Notes: generated by a model not told the origin, from the sequence alone. A stretch of 64,000 nt of DNA from Geosiphon pyriformis uo1 (GCA_016748015.1 JAAOMT010000446.1:187752-251751), one strand, 5' to 3'. Numbered from the stretch's first letter, positions 27,169 through 40,000 are shown. Numbers and translations: made by a program.

Positions 27169-28157
27169 TGTTACCGGAGGTTTTTGGTTTCTTTTCTGTA
27201 ATGTTGTTGATACTTATTTGCTGTGAATTCACGTTTTTAGGAAGTAGTTGAACCTCTAATAACTGAATTTATCTTCAAATTATCTCCTATAATTTGAACT
27301 GCTGGACTTATAAGTGGAATGGCCAATTCCGTGCCAGTTGCTTTATGTAATTTGTAGTTACATTGTAGTAAATATCAACTCTTTCCCAGGAATTGCTTGT
27401 CTGGAAGCTCACTAAAAATGTGTAGTTACTTTGCTGTGAAAGTCAACTCTTCTACAGGAATCTTGTCTGTAGGCTACCTTAATGATTGTAATAAAAAAAA
27501 AAAAGAAAAATAAAAGAAGTGTAAAAGAAATAGGATTTTATCAAGGGAAACGTTTTCTATCTAGGCCTGAAGTCACTAACAGTTTACTGAAATTGGTAGC
27601 TAATCAATTTCAAAATGTTAGTTGGGTTTTGAGGATTTTTCTAAGTGCAATAATTTAAAAAATTTGGTTTTTCGAATTATTTGATATTTATTTCTTTTTG
27701 TGTATATAAGAACGGTTTTGAGAGATAAATCTAAAGTAAGATACATTTTCTCGAAGAGAGAAGCTCTTCTTTTATACAATTTGTCATAACACTATTCTAT
27801 GAACTTGAACTTTGCTATTTTCTACAATTTTGCTGAACTAAAGATACATTTTAGCAAACTACAAGTTATTTCTATGAACTATTAGATATTTCAGTGAACT
27901 ATCAATTATTTCGGCAAATTTCTATAAATTTCGGCAAACTTTTGAATGTTACATAGTTTGGGGTTTTGCATGATTGATTATCACAATTAGGTTACATTTG
28001 TGTTGTGTACAATTTGGGTTATTAATTAAATGATAATTTCAGACATTCTTTGCTAATGTAATAAGTGATAATTTAAAACAATAATATATGCTAATTAATG
28101 ATAAGAATTATGAGATAGTTTTATGCTAAATAATATCTCTAATTTCGTCTGGTAACA
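27169..28157 (-). repeat. 3' LTR of A2
   Basis: TGTTAC...GTAACA termini with the PPT adjacent. Confidence 0.95.
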
Positions 28158-28854
28158 TAACCTCCTCCTCAAGACTGAGCTCCGTCAAAGTCCAAGTACT
28201 GTCTGTTATTTCCAGATAATAATCCAAAATTATTGAAGAAATTTGGTCTGAAAATTGTTGAAATTTCAGTTCTGTGAGCTTTTCAATGTATTGAATCTTC
28301 AAAGGTTGAAAAATTGGGTTTTGTAGTACAATTTTACAGGTGTGAAATAGGTGATAAAGTCTAAGAGCAGCTCTAAGCCTGTAGCGACTGTTTGTTGATC
28401 CAGCTGTTGTCTTGAATTTGTTGTGGAGTTGTTTCTGAATAGCTTCTTTTGTGAGGTTTGCTGTTATAAGTTCCAGTTTTTGTTCATAGAGTGTTTTTCC
28501 AATGTGAAAATATCTATAGATTGGAGGATATTCGGTGTTTTCCTCATTGAGACACAGTTGAAGTTTTTGTTGAATTGTAGCATTTAGTGGAATACTAATC
28601 GGAGTGAGCATTAGGTTTTCTTTTAAAGCAAGCTTTAAAAGTTTTGGCAGGTAAATTCCAGAATAACTTCTTGTGTTCTTCTTATATGAGTGATATTTTC
28701 GTGAATTTGGGGCTAAATTTGTAACTACTTTTGTTTGGGTATAATTAATGTGGTTTCCAGTAACAGTAATGGATAATTCGGGTATTGTTTTTAAAGCTAA
28801 CATTAGTTTTTGGGATAATTGTTGAATGTTTTGAGGAATAGTCATTATAAGCAA
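28126..28854 (-). CDS. A2 ORF3 accessory protein, unknown function
   Basis: Open frame of about 240 aa (MTIPQNIQQLSQKL...RAALRLYHLF...EEEVMLPDEIRDII) overlapping the PPT and LTR. Confidence 0.8.
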   Translation of the reverse strand: MLIMTIPQNIQQLSQKLMLALKTIPELSITVTGNHINYTQTKVVTNLAPNSRKYHSYKKNTRSYSGIYLPKLLKLALKENLMLTPISIPLNATIQQKLQLCLNEENTEYPPIYRYFHIGKTLYEQKLELITANLTKEAIQKQLHNKFKTTAGSTNSRYRLRAALRLYHLFHTCKIVLQNPIFQPLKIQYIEKLTELKFQQFSDQISSIILDYYLEITDSTWTLTELSLEEEVMLPDEIRDII

Positions 28855-28961
28855 TTGAAAAAATAAAAAATTATTTTTGGTGTATGGGTTTTTATGTTAT
28901 TTTTTGTTTTGTTTTTGTGAGATTGTTTCTAAATTATAAGAGAATAACTAGTAAAATTAAA

Positions 28962-30347
28962 TTAAGTGTTCAGTTTAGAAAGTTGTTCAATAACAACTAT
29001 TGGTTCTAAGTTTCGGGGAATATCTTTAGGACTAACCAAAGGAGAATGTGTACCAATTTGTGGAATTAGTGGTTCAGGATTGTTTCTGGAATAATAGTGT
29101 TTCAAACGATCTCCATGTGCAACTTTTGCTAGAATTTTGTCATCAAGTCTTAGCTTGTATGATCCGTTGCCTAGAACTTCATGGATAAAAAATGGTCCAT
29201 CCCATTTATTTTCAAATTTTCCACTCCATTGTTTTTCAGCTTTAGTTCTGTGTAAGAGAACTTTGTTTCCAATTTTGAATTTATTGGTGACTGAAGGCAA
29301 TTTGTTATCATGCCATTCTTTTTGTTGAGCTTGGGAGTGTTCAATATGGGTGGCTGCTATTCGTCATTTTCCTTCTAATGTGCTAAGCAGAGTGTAGGCT
29401 CTTCCTTGAAGCATTTCTTAGAAATTGTTTTCATCAATTGGTTGTGCTGGGTATGTTTCTACTGTGAAACTAATTGGTAACGTTGCCGTCATTCCATAAG
29501 TTAAATCAAATGATGTGTGTTTCGTGGTATCTTGTTTTAATGTCCTATATGCTAGTAACACTAATGGAATAAAGAGATCCCATTCTTGCTCAAAATCGGT
29601 TAAAACTTTAGCTAATGACTCACACAATGTTCTGTTAAAACGTTCCACAAATCCGTTTGTTTGTGGATGGTAGGGCGAAGACAGAGGTCTTTTGACATTA
29701 AATCATTCACAAATTTCTTGTATCAGGTTGTTCACAAAGTGTGTTCCCTGATTGGATAAAAGTTTAATTGGACATCCATGTCTACAAATGATGTCTTCGT
29801 AGATGAAATTTGCTACTGATTTTGCATCTGCTCGTTGAATGGCTCTGGCTTCAGGCCATTTAGTAAGATAGTCTACAGCTACTGCAATATAACGGTTTCC
29901 TTGAGTGGTGATAGATAATGGTCTGACTAAATCGATACCAACTCTGTCAAAAGGCTGTCCAACTTTGATTGGGTTTAAAGATTCTGTAGGGCAAGTTTCT
30001 CCTTTTCTTTGACAACTATCACAAAATTCGACATATTTGTGAATGTCTTTTCTCATTTGAGGCCAAAAGTAGTATTCTAGTGTTCTTTGGGTGGTGCTAT
30101 CTTTTCTGAAGTGTGCTGATGAAGGATCTGAGTGCATATTGTATAAAATGGTCTCTTTTTCCTGTTTTTGTATTAATCTGAGTGGTTTGGTTGGGTTTTT
30201 GAAATTTCGATGATAGATAATGTTGTTGTGTAGAAAATATTGTTTGGCTTGTTGTTGTAACCAATGGTTTTTATCTGGAGACCAATCTGTTGAAATTGTT
30301 AATGTCTCCAAATATTGTTTGAGATTGTTGTAGTTTTCAGGGTTCAT
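28962..30347 (-). pseudogene. A2 integrase, separate ORF, disrupted
   Basis: MNPENYNNLKQYLETL...MHSDPSSAH...CDSC...GIDLV...SNQG (ex-SDQG)...ERFNRT...WDGPF; no chromodomain. Confidence 0.92.
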
Positions 30348-30399
30348 TGTTTGTTGTTTTGATGCTGTTAATTCAAATGGGTGTTGATTTTTTTTTTTT

Positions 30400-33300
30400 C
30401 TAATCTTGCCTCATTCTTGAGAAACAATCAACGTTGGTGTGGAGTTTTTCTGGTTTGTGGTATACGATATATTAGTAATTAGCTAAAAATCCTGTTCATC
30501 AAGTTTGTTTTGTGTTTAGCTAGATGTTTTTGTTTTGAAGCCATTTAAGTTCAATATTATCAGTGATAATATCGAATTCTTTGGGTCTGAGGTAAAGATT
30601 GAAGTAATGTAGGGCCCAAATTACTGCTGCAGTTTCTAATTTTGTTGCGAGATAGTTCTTTTTGGCTGGCTTTAATGTTCTACTAGCATAAGCAATTACT
30701 CGCTCATTTCCATTGTCATCTAACTGTGATAGGATGGCACTAAAGGCAGTATAAAAAGCATCAGTTGCTAACTGGAATCGGTTGTTGAAGTCTGGATAGG
30801 CGAGGATTGGAGCTGTTGTGAGTTTTTTCTTAAGTATCTCGAAGGCATTTTGGTGTTCTTTTGTCCATTTGTATTCGACATTTTTAGTAGTGAGCTGGTT
30901 AAGGAGTTTTGCAATTTCTGAGAATCCTTTGATGAATTTTTGGTTATAGGATGCTAATCCAATAAATCTTCTTAATTCTGTGATATTTCATGGAGTTTTG
31001 AAGTTTTTGATAATACTAATTTTTCCGGGGTCTGGTTTAATTCCATCTTTGTTAACAATGTGACCAAAAAAAGCTAAACTTGTTTTTCCGAAGTAGTATT
31101 TTTCAATGTTCAGTTTCAATCCTGCTTTCCGTAATTGTTGAAAAACTTCTCGCAGGTAAATTAAATATAGCTCGAAAGATGGTGAATAAACATCAGTGTT
31201 ATTAAGATAAACTACTACTGATTTCCAAAGGAGACCTTTGTAAACAACATCCATAAGTCTTTGGAATGTTGCTGGTGCATTGCATAATCCAAAAGGCATT
31301 ACATTGAACTCGTAATTTCCTCCTTAAGTAGTGAATGCTGTTTTGGAGTGGTCTTTGGGATCCATAGCAACTTGCCAGTATTCACTCTTTAAATCTAATG
31401 TTGAAAAGTATTTGAACTTTCCAAGAGCATCCAACATGTCATCAATTCGGGGAAGAGGGTAGGCATCCCCAATGGTGACAATGTTGAGTTGTCAGTAATC
31501 AACACAAAATCATATCTTTCCATTTTTCTTTTTAACTAAGACCACAGGTAAGGCCCATGAGCTCATTGATGGTTGAATAAGCCCATTGTTAAGCATCCAT
31601 TGTACTTCTTCTCAGATAAATTGGTGACTTTCTGGGGCGACTCGGTAGGCTTGTTGTCGCCTTGGTTTGGCATCTCCTGTATAGATTTGGTGTTGAACCA
31701 AATCAGTTCTTTCTAAGTCATTGTTGTTTTCGGCGAAGATGTCAGCAAATTCTGCAATTAGCTCTTTGAGCTGGGTCTGTTGTTGTGGTTCAAGTTGTTC
31801 TATGTTGATTCGAGATAGTTTTTCCATGACAACATGGTAGTTTTCAGAGCTAGGGTTTGGGTTGATTTTTGGTAGTGAATGTCTAATAATTTTAGGGAAA
31901 TCGGGGACTGTTTGGGGTAATTCTTGTTGAAATATATTACTGTGAATAATTCCAATTTCTAAATTATTTAATAAAATTATGGGGTAATTATTGGGGTTGT
32001 AAAAAGTAACTCGGACTTTCTTTGTTCCCTCTGGAATATAAATGTTTGGGATCAAAATATTATGTTCCAAGCAGACTTGTTCATTAGACTCAAAAATTTG
32101 TTGTGTGGTTGTTGGCTTTGGACAAATGTAGATTTCCGGATGTTCTCCAAAGAGTGAGATGATAATTGGTTGTGAAAGTCTGAGAATCTGGTGAAATTCG
32201 TTCTGTGTGTTAAGAGCTATATTAACTAGAACTGTGAATTGTCCAGTTGAACCAAAACCTTGGGTTCCTCTATCACTTTTTCCTAATTGTTCTCTTTAAT
32301 TGACTAGTTGCAAACCCGAAATGTTGATTAAGAGTAGGTAAATAGCTTGGGCAATTTTTTCAGCATGTTCGATCTTGAATGGTTTGTCAGTTTCATTTTG
32401 AAGCATCACTGTTATGTCTTCAGTATATCCAGCATCAATTATTCCTTCTCTGACATTGATTCCTTTGCTTGCCAGAGAGGACCGGGAGGCAATTTGAATC
32501 ATTGCTCCTGGCGGGATTTCGAGTGCAATTTTGAGATTGATTTTTGTAAGAGATTTGGGTTTGAGAACAAAAGTATCCTTGCCTGGATATCTTAGGTCAT
32601 ATCCAGCATCAATTTTGTGTGCTTTTTTGGGTTTTATTCCTTGTCCGTTGTTGTTAAAGTATTTAAGTTGTAAGACAGGCTAATTTTCAATAAGGTAGAT
32701 GAATGTTGTTTTAATTTCTTTCATTTCTTCAGGTTCTCCAAATTCAATTTCATTCTCATCATTTTTGCTGGGCAAGGAGATACTAAGAGCATAGCATTCA
32801 GGACACCATTGTTTATCACAAGGCATAATGCATTCTTCACATAGCCTAATGTTCATTTGCTCTAATCATTGAATTTGAGCTTTTTGGGTCGGGTAGGTGT
32901 GACTTGCAATTTGGTGGTAAACTTCTACTTCATCTTCGTAATTGAATCCAGCTAATTCTATAGTGTATTGAATGTATTCTGCTTCCTTCATTTGACAAAC
33001 ATCTTCTTTGGTAGCTCTATTAATTAGTGCCATTGCTAAGTCGAAAATCATCTCGGCATCATAAGGGTAGTGATAAAGTTTGTTGAGAGCACTGTTGTAT
33101 GCTGCATTAAAGGGTGTTCCTCTTTTTACTTTTTCTGAAATTGATAAAGCATATTGGCAGGTCTGATTGCAGACGCCTCCTCTCATTGCTACATCAATCT
33201 AATTGTATTCTTCCGGTAGCATATCTCCACAAGTCAAACAAGGGGTGTTGTCCCATTTTCCATTCTTTTTTATTAGATGGCCCCATTGTTCTCTGTGGCA

Positions 33301-36011
33301 AACCTTGCAGTAATAACAAGTATGATTCTTATATTCTTTTTAGGTGAAATGCAGGCTTCCATTGACGATAGTTTCTTGTGGCAGTCCTTACATTTAAGAG
33401 GAATATAGGGGCATTGTTTTCTTGGTTTGGGTTTTGAGTAAGGTATATTCCATTCAGAGATTTCAGGTTTAGTGTGTGGGGTAAAATGTTCTTGTTCTGT
33501 TTCATCAGCCCAGTTGGACGTTGATCCAAGAGCCATGAATGTTTCGATTATTGGTTTTTCTTCTTCTGGTTCAAATTCAAAAGCTAGGGCTTTTTCAGAG
33601 TGTTTGTTGAATATACCACAAATGGCAGATACCTGGGCGTGTTATCCTTGGTAGGAGATTGTTAACTCTTGTGTTTCCCAATTCAGATTAGCATTGGCTT
33701 TTTGAAGCCAATCATTTCCGACAAGAGCTTGGTATTGGGATGCGTCCATTACAAGAACTTTGACTGGAATGGTAATTCCATCAATAGTGAATGGAAAATT
33801 GTCAATTTCTCCTACTAGTGTCTTTTTCATGCCATCAGCAGTGACAATTACTGTTTGAGCTGGTCAGTCAACATTTCTTTTCAACTGTTGCATTAACTGG
33901 TAGGTAATAATGCTTCTGGTGGATCCACTGTCTAGGATCAAGTGAATTGGCTTTCTTTTTACTTCAGCTTCTGTGTATATTGCAGTGATGGCTTTTTGCT
34001 TATTAGCTGCTGCATTGCTAAGCAAGAATGGTGATTCATTTGCTTCAAATTCAAAAGGAAAGATATCAGAAAGATTGGCGTTTTCAGCAATTCAGGCTGG
34101 TGGAATAGTGATGTGGTTATGAGAAGGGTTTCATTGTTGTTGTGCTACAGCTCTATCTTCCGGGAGTACAATATGGTGAAAATCCTGTTCTTCTGGCATT
34201 GTTAAATAACTGGGTTGAGTGTGGTAGTGGTTGGGTCTTGGTTGAGTGGTATTTTGAGGAACCAATTGGTTGTTCGAACTGATTCTACTGTTGTTTACTT
34301 GGTATCAGTTTTGTGGTGTAAATTGATTTTGTGTAATCAGTCTTCAAGCAGGTACTTGATAATGTTATGTGGATGGTTGTTGGTATTGCTGTTGGATTGG
34401 TTGTGGGGCGGGCTGATAATAGTTATTTTGGTATTAGGGTCTTGGTAAATAGTAAGCTGGTGGTGATGGTTGATAATAAGATTGCTGTGGTGGAGAGTAA
34501 CATTGATTACCCCTATTTTGTTGGTCTCGTTGCAGCTTTCTGCAATCTCTTTTCCAGTGGTCAGAGATTCTACAGTAATGGCAATTCTGGGACTGGTTAT
34601 TGAAAAGTGGTGCAAAGTTATTTTGATTTCGTCTTTGGAGTGGTTGATATTTTTGGGGTTGTTGTTGTTGTTGGTTGGTAAAATAGTTTTTGACCTTCTT
34701 TGTGAGTTGGTCAATTTTTTCTTCGGCTGCTGAGCTGGTTTCTCCAATTGCCAAATTTACAAGTTTTGTACAATTGGCTTCTTCCATGGCCATTTTGTAT
34801 CTTTTTGCATGCTGTATGACAGAGTTTAAATCTTCTGGTGTGTGTGGGCGAACTTTTTTAATTAGTTTATCTTTTAGACCAGCAATAAATTAATCCAAAA
34901 TTTGAGCATCGGAATAATAATTGTTTGTCTCGAGTTGGCAAATCCGTCTAAGAAGTTTGTTGAATTTCCCAATATAAGTCATAACGAATTCGGAGGGTTC
35001 TTGTTTGATATTTCGAAAACAATTGTGAAAAGTGATGGAGGTATTATTGTCGGTGAACTGTTCAAGGAAGGCTGCTTTGAAAGCATTCTAATCATTGAAT
35101 GGGGCAGCAAGGTTTTCAAACCATTCTTCTGCTGTTCCTTTGAGAAAGTAGGGAATTGTTCTTAACATTCTGGCAGCATTCTATTTATTTGCATCTCCAG
35201 CTTTAATAACTTGGTCAAGTCATTCTTGGGGACTGGTCTCAATATCTTTTCCATTGAATTCAAGAATTTTTGCAATGTATGTTGTCATTTCGTCTTCTTC
35301 ATTTTTACTGTCTATTGATTCTTCTTCAGTTATTTCAGAGTTGTTTTCTTCATTTGCTGCTGTCTCAGAGTGTTCACTTTGATTTTCAGCTAGAAAATCA
35401 AGAAGATTGGAACTAGTTTGAAGGGGTTTTTGTTGTCTGGTGGGACTTCTGAGTGATGTAAAATCTTCTGGTCTTGCAAATCAATTCAAGGGTGAATTAG
35501 GTGTTTGTGCTTGTGCAAGTGAAGCTGGAAAAGGTGTGATAGTAAGTAAAAGTTTTGAGCTGGTTCCTTGTTCAGGTGTTTGTAGATGTTTGAATAATAT
35601 TTTGGAAGTATTGGGTGTTGTGTGAACAGGTCAGTTATCTTTTTGTCTTTTGTTGCTACTGGTTTCAGGTTCAGATTCGAGTTCAAAGACAAATTGTGCG
35701 TTTGCAGGATATTTTTCTTCGCAAAATCAAATAATATTATAATCGAGTTCCTCAAAATAAGTAGCGCAAGCTTCAGCACTAATGTTTTCTGATTCAGTGT
35801 TAGAATAGTGTAGTATGTTCTCAAGAAAATCTCTTTTAACTATTGTAATGTTATAGTTCCCAAAGAGGTAGTTATTGATTTGATTTTCAATATATTGAAA
35901 AAGTGTTTTCTTGAAAGCTATAATTTCATCGCGTATTTCAAATTGTTGTTTGCAGTGTGTGTAAATTGATTGATAGTACTCTAAGATTGTGATGTCTGAG
36001 GCGGTTGCCAC
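30400..36011 (-). pseudogene. A2 polyprotein: N-extension, Gag (CCHC), protease, Cys-rich domain, dUTPase, dUTPase-like domain, RT, RNase H
   Basis: Capsid SPQE.LDQV..IPYFLKGTA, CHYCRISDHWKRDC knuckle, LILDSGS protease, dUTPase motifs 1-5, RT YLNN (ex-YLDD), RNase H ending SRMRQD*. Confidence 0.92.
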
Positions 36012-36053
36012 TTTGAATTTGTTGTTGTGTTATTTCTGTAAGAGAGCACCAAA

Positions 36054-37036
36054 TGTTATCAGAAGTTTTTGGGTCTCTTTTCTGTAATGTTGTTGATACT
36101 TATTTGCTGTGAATTCACGTTTTCAGGAAGTAGTTGAACCTCCAATAACTGAATTTATCTTCAAATTATCTCCTATAATTTGAACTGCTGGGCTTATAAG
36201 TGGAATGGCCAATTCCGTGCCAGTTGCTTTATGTAGTTACGTTGTAGTAAACGTCAACTCTTTCCCAAGAATTGCTCGTCTGGAAGCTCACTAAAAATGT
36301 GTAGTTACTTTGCTGTGAAAGTCAACTCTTCTACAGGAATCTTGTTTGTAGGCTACCCTAATGATTGTAATAAGAAAAAAAAAGAAAAATAAAAGAAGTG
36401 TAAAAGAAATAAGATTTTATCAAGGGAAACGTTTTCTATCCAGGCCTGGAGTCTCTAACAGTTTACTGAAATTGGTAGCTAATCAATTTCAAAACATTAG
36501 TTGGGTTTTGAGAATTTTTCCAAGTGCAATAATTTAAAGAATTTGGTTTTTCGAATTATTTGATATTTATTTTTTTTTGTGTGTATAAAAATGGTTTTAA
36601 GAGATAAATCTAAAGTAAGATACATTTTCTCGAAGAGAGAAGCTCTTCTTTTATACAACTTGTCATAACACTATTCTATGAACTTGAACTTTGCTATTTT
36701 CTACAATTTCGCTGAACTAAAGATACATTTCGGCGAACTACAAGTTATTTCTGCGAACTATTAGATATTTCAGTGAACTATCAATTATTTCAGCAAATTT
36801 CTATAAATTTCGGCGAACTTTTGAATCTTACATAGTTTGGGGTTTTGCATGATTGATCATCATAATTAAGTTACATTTGTGTTGTGTACAAACTGGGTTA
36901 TTAATTAAATGATAATTTTGGACATTCTTTGTTAATGTAATAAGTAATAATTTGAAACAATAATATATGCTAATTAATGATAGGAATTATGAAATAGTTT
37001 CATGCTAAATAATATCTCTAATTTTGTCTGGTAACA
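36054..37036 (-). repeat. 5' LTR of A2
   Basis: TGTTAT...GTAACA; the PBS follows on the minus strand; TATAAAAG box near 36650. Confidence 0.95.
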
Positions 37037-40000
37037 ATGGATGTTGTTTCAATTTCTTCCGTTGCTTTAAGTTCTCCAAATTCAATTTCATTCTCATCAT
37101 TTTCGCTGGGCAAGGGGATATTAAGAGCGTAGTATTCAGGACATCACTGTTCATTACAAAGCATAATGCATTCTTCACATAGCCTAATGTTCATTTGCTC
37201 TAATCGTTGAATTTGAGCTTCTTGGGTTGAGTAGGTGTGACTTACAATTTGGTAGTAGATTTCTACTTTGTCTTCATAATCAAATCCAGCTAATTCCATT
37301 GTGTATTCATATATTCTGCTTCCTTCATTTAATGAACATCTTCTTTGGTAGCTTTATTAATTAATGCCATTGCTAGGTCAAAAATCATCTTGGCATCATG
37401 GAGGTAGTGATAAAGTTTGTTGAGTGCACTGTTGTATACTGCATTAAAGGGTGTTCCTCTTTTTACTTTTTCTGAAATTGATAAAGCATATTGGCAGGTC
37501 TGATTACAGACTCTTCCTCTCATAGCTACATCAATCCAATAGCATTCTTCCGGTAGCATATCTCCACAAGTCAAACAAGGAATGTTGTCCTATTTTCCAC
37601 TTTTTTTTATTAGATGGCCCCATTGTTCTCTGTGGCAAGTCTTGCAGTAATAACAAGTATGATTTTCATATTCTTCTTCAGGTGAAATGCAGGCTCCCAT
37701 TGATGATAGTTTCTTGTAACAGTCTTTACATTTAAGGGGAATATAGGGGTGTTGTTTCTTTGGTTCAGGTTTTGAGTAAGGGATATTTTATCCAGAGGTT
37801 TCGGATTCAGAATGTGGGGTAAAATGTTCTTGTTCTGTTTTATCGGCCCAGTTAGACATTGATCTAAGAGCCATGAATGTTTCAATAAGGGGTTTTTCCT
37901 CTTCCAGTTCGAATTCAAAAGCCAGGGCTTTTTCAGAGCATTTGTTGAATATACCACAAGTGGCAGATACCCGGACGTGTTGTCTTTGGTAGAAGATTGT
38001 TAACTCTTGTGTTTTCCAATTCAGATTAGCATTGGCTTTTTGAAGCCAATCATTTCTGACGAGAGCTTGGTACTGAGGTGTGTTCATTACAAGAACTTTG
38101 ACTGGAATGGTGATTCTGTCAAGAGTAAACAAAAAATTGTCAATTTCTCTTACTGGGGTCTTTTTCATGCCATCGGCAGTGACGATTACTGTTTGAGCTG
38201 GTCGGTCAACATTTCTCTTTAATTGTTGCATTAACTAATAGGTGATAATGCTTCCAGCAGATCCACTGTCTAGGATCAAGCAAATTGTCTTTCCTTCGAC
38301 TTCTGCTTCAGTGTACATAGCCATGATTGCTTTTTGTTTATTGGTGGCTGCATTGCTAAGCAGGAATGGTGACTCATTTGCTTTGAACTCAAAAAAGAAT
38401 ATATCTGAAAGGTTAGCATTTTTAGCGATTCTGGCTGGTAAGATTGTGGTGAGAGTATAGGAAGGGTTTTGTTGTTGTGCTGCAGTTCTATCTTCTGAGG
38501 GTACAATATGGTAAAAATCCTGTTCTTTTGGCATTGTTAAATAACTGGGTTGAGTATGGTAGTGGTTGGGTCTTGGTTGAGTGGTATTTTGAGGAATCAA
38601 TTGGTTGTTCAAACTGATTCTACTGTTGTTTACTTGGTATCAGTTTTGTGGTGTAAATTGATTTTGTGTAATCAGTCTTCAAGCAGGTACTTGATAATGT
38701 TGTGTGGGTGGTTGTTGGTATTGCTGTTGGATTGATTGTGGGGCGGGCTGATAATAGTTATTTTGGTATTGGGGTCTTGGTAAATAGTAAGCTGGTGGTG
38801 ATGGTTGATAATAAGATTGCTGTGGTGGAGAGTAACATTGATTACCCCTATTTTGTTGGTCTCGTTGCAGCTTTCTACAATCTCTTTTTCAGTGGCCAGA
38901 GATTCCACAGTAATGGCAATTCTGGGACTGGTTATTGGAAAGTGGTGCAAAGTTATTTTGATTTCGTCTTTGGGGTGGTTGATATCTTTGGGGTTGTTGT
39001 TGTTGTTGGTTGGTAAAATAGTTTTCGACCTTCTTTGTAAGTTGGTCAATTTTTTCCTCGGCTGCTGAACTGGTTTCTCCAATTGCCAAATTTACAAGTT
39101 TTGTACAATTGGCTTCTTCCATGGCCATTTTGTATCTTTTCGCATGCTGTATGGCCGAGTTTAAATCTTCTGGTGCGTGTGGGCAAACCTTTTTAATTAG
39201 TTTATCTTTTAGACCAGCAATAAATTGATCCAAAATTTGAGCATCAGAATAATAATTGTTTGTTTCGAGTTGGCAAATCCGTCTGAGAAGTTTGTTGAAT
39301 TTCCCAATATAAGTCATAACAGATTCGGAGGGTTCTTGTTTGATATTTCGAAAACGATTGTGAAAAGTGATGGAGGTATTATTGTCAGTGAACTGTTCAA
39401 GGAAGGCTGCTTTGAAAGCATTCCAATCATTAAATGGGGCAGCAAGGTTTTCAAACCATTTTCCTGCTGTTCCTTTGAGAAAGTAGGGAATTGTTTTTAA
39501 CATTCTGGCAGCATTCCATCCATTTGCATCTCCAGCTTTAGTAACTTGGTCAAGCCATTCTTGGGGACTGGTTTCAATGTCTTTTCCATTAAATTCAGAA
39601 ATTTTTGCGATGTATGTTGTCATTTCGTCTTCGTCATTTTCATTGTCTATTGATTCTTCTTCAGATATTTCAGGTTCGTTTTCTTTGTTTGCTGCTGTCT
39701 CAGAGTGTTCACTTTGATTTTCAGCTAAAAAGTCAAGGAGATTGGAACTAGTTTGAAGAGGTTCTTGTTGTCTGATGGGACTTCTAAGTGATGTAAAATC
39801 TTCTGGCCTTGCCAATCAATTCAAAGGTAAATTAGGCATTTGTGCTTGTGCAAGTAAAGCTGAAAAAGGTGTGATAGTAAGTGGAAGTTTTGAACTGGTT
39901 TCTTGTTCAGGTGTTTGTAAATTGTTGGCAGTTGTTTTTGGTGTCTTTGGAGTATTTGGGGTAATATTTGAGTGTTGTTTCAGTTTTTGTTTGCCTTTGT

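Larger units (their letters stand above)
27169..37036 (-). mobile_element. Ty3/Gypsy family A, inner full-length copy A2 nested in A1
   Basis: LTRs 27169-28157 and 36054-37036, TSD ATGA/ATGG (one transition), PBS TTTGGTGCTCTC, PPT GAGGAGGAGGTTA. The flanks rejoin to the sequence seen uninterrupted at about 32695-32710. Confidence 0.95.

Noticed and set aside
26762-27232. ORF fusing LTR sequence to dUTPase
   Set aside because: Chance in-frame junction created by the A2 insertion. The same applies to the LTR-derived tails of ORFs 21321-21710 and 50843-51307.
34215-39500. Many plus-strand hydrophobic ORFs (e.g. 34367-34603, 38702-39016, and also 58034-58462)
   Set aside because: Antisense shadows of CAA/AAC-rich gag and integrase coding sequence; no independent evidence.
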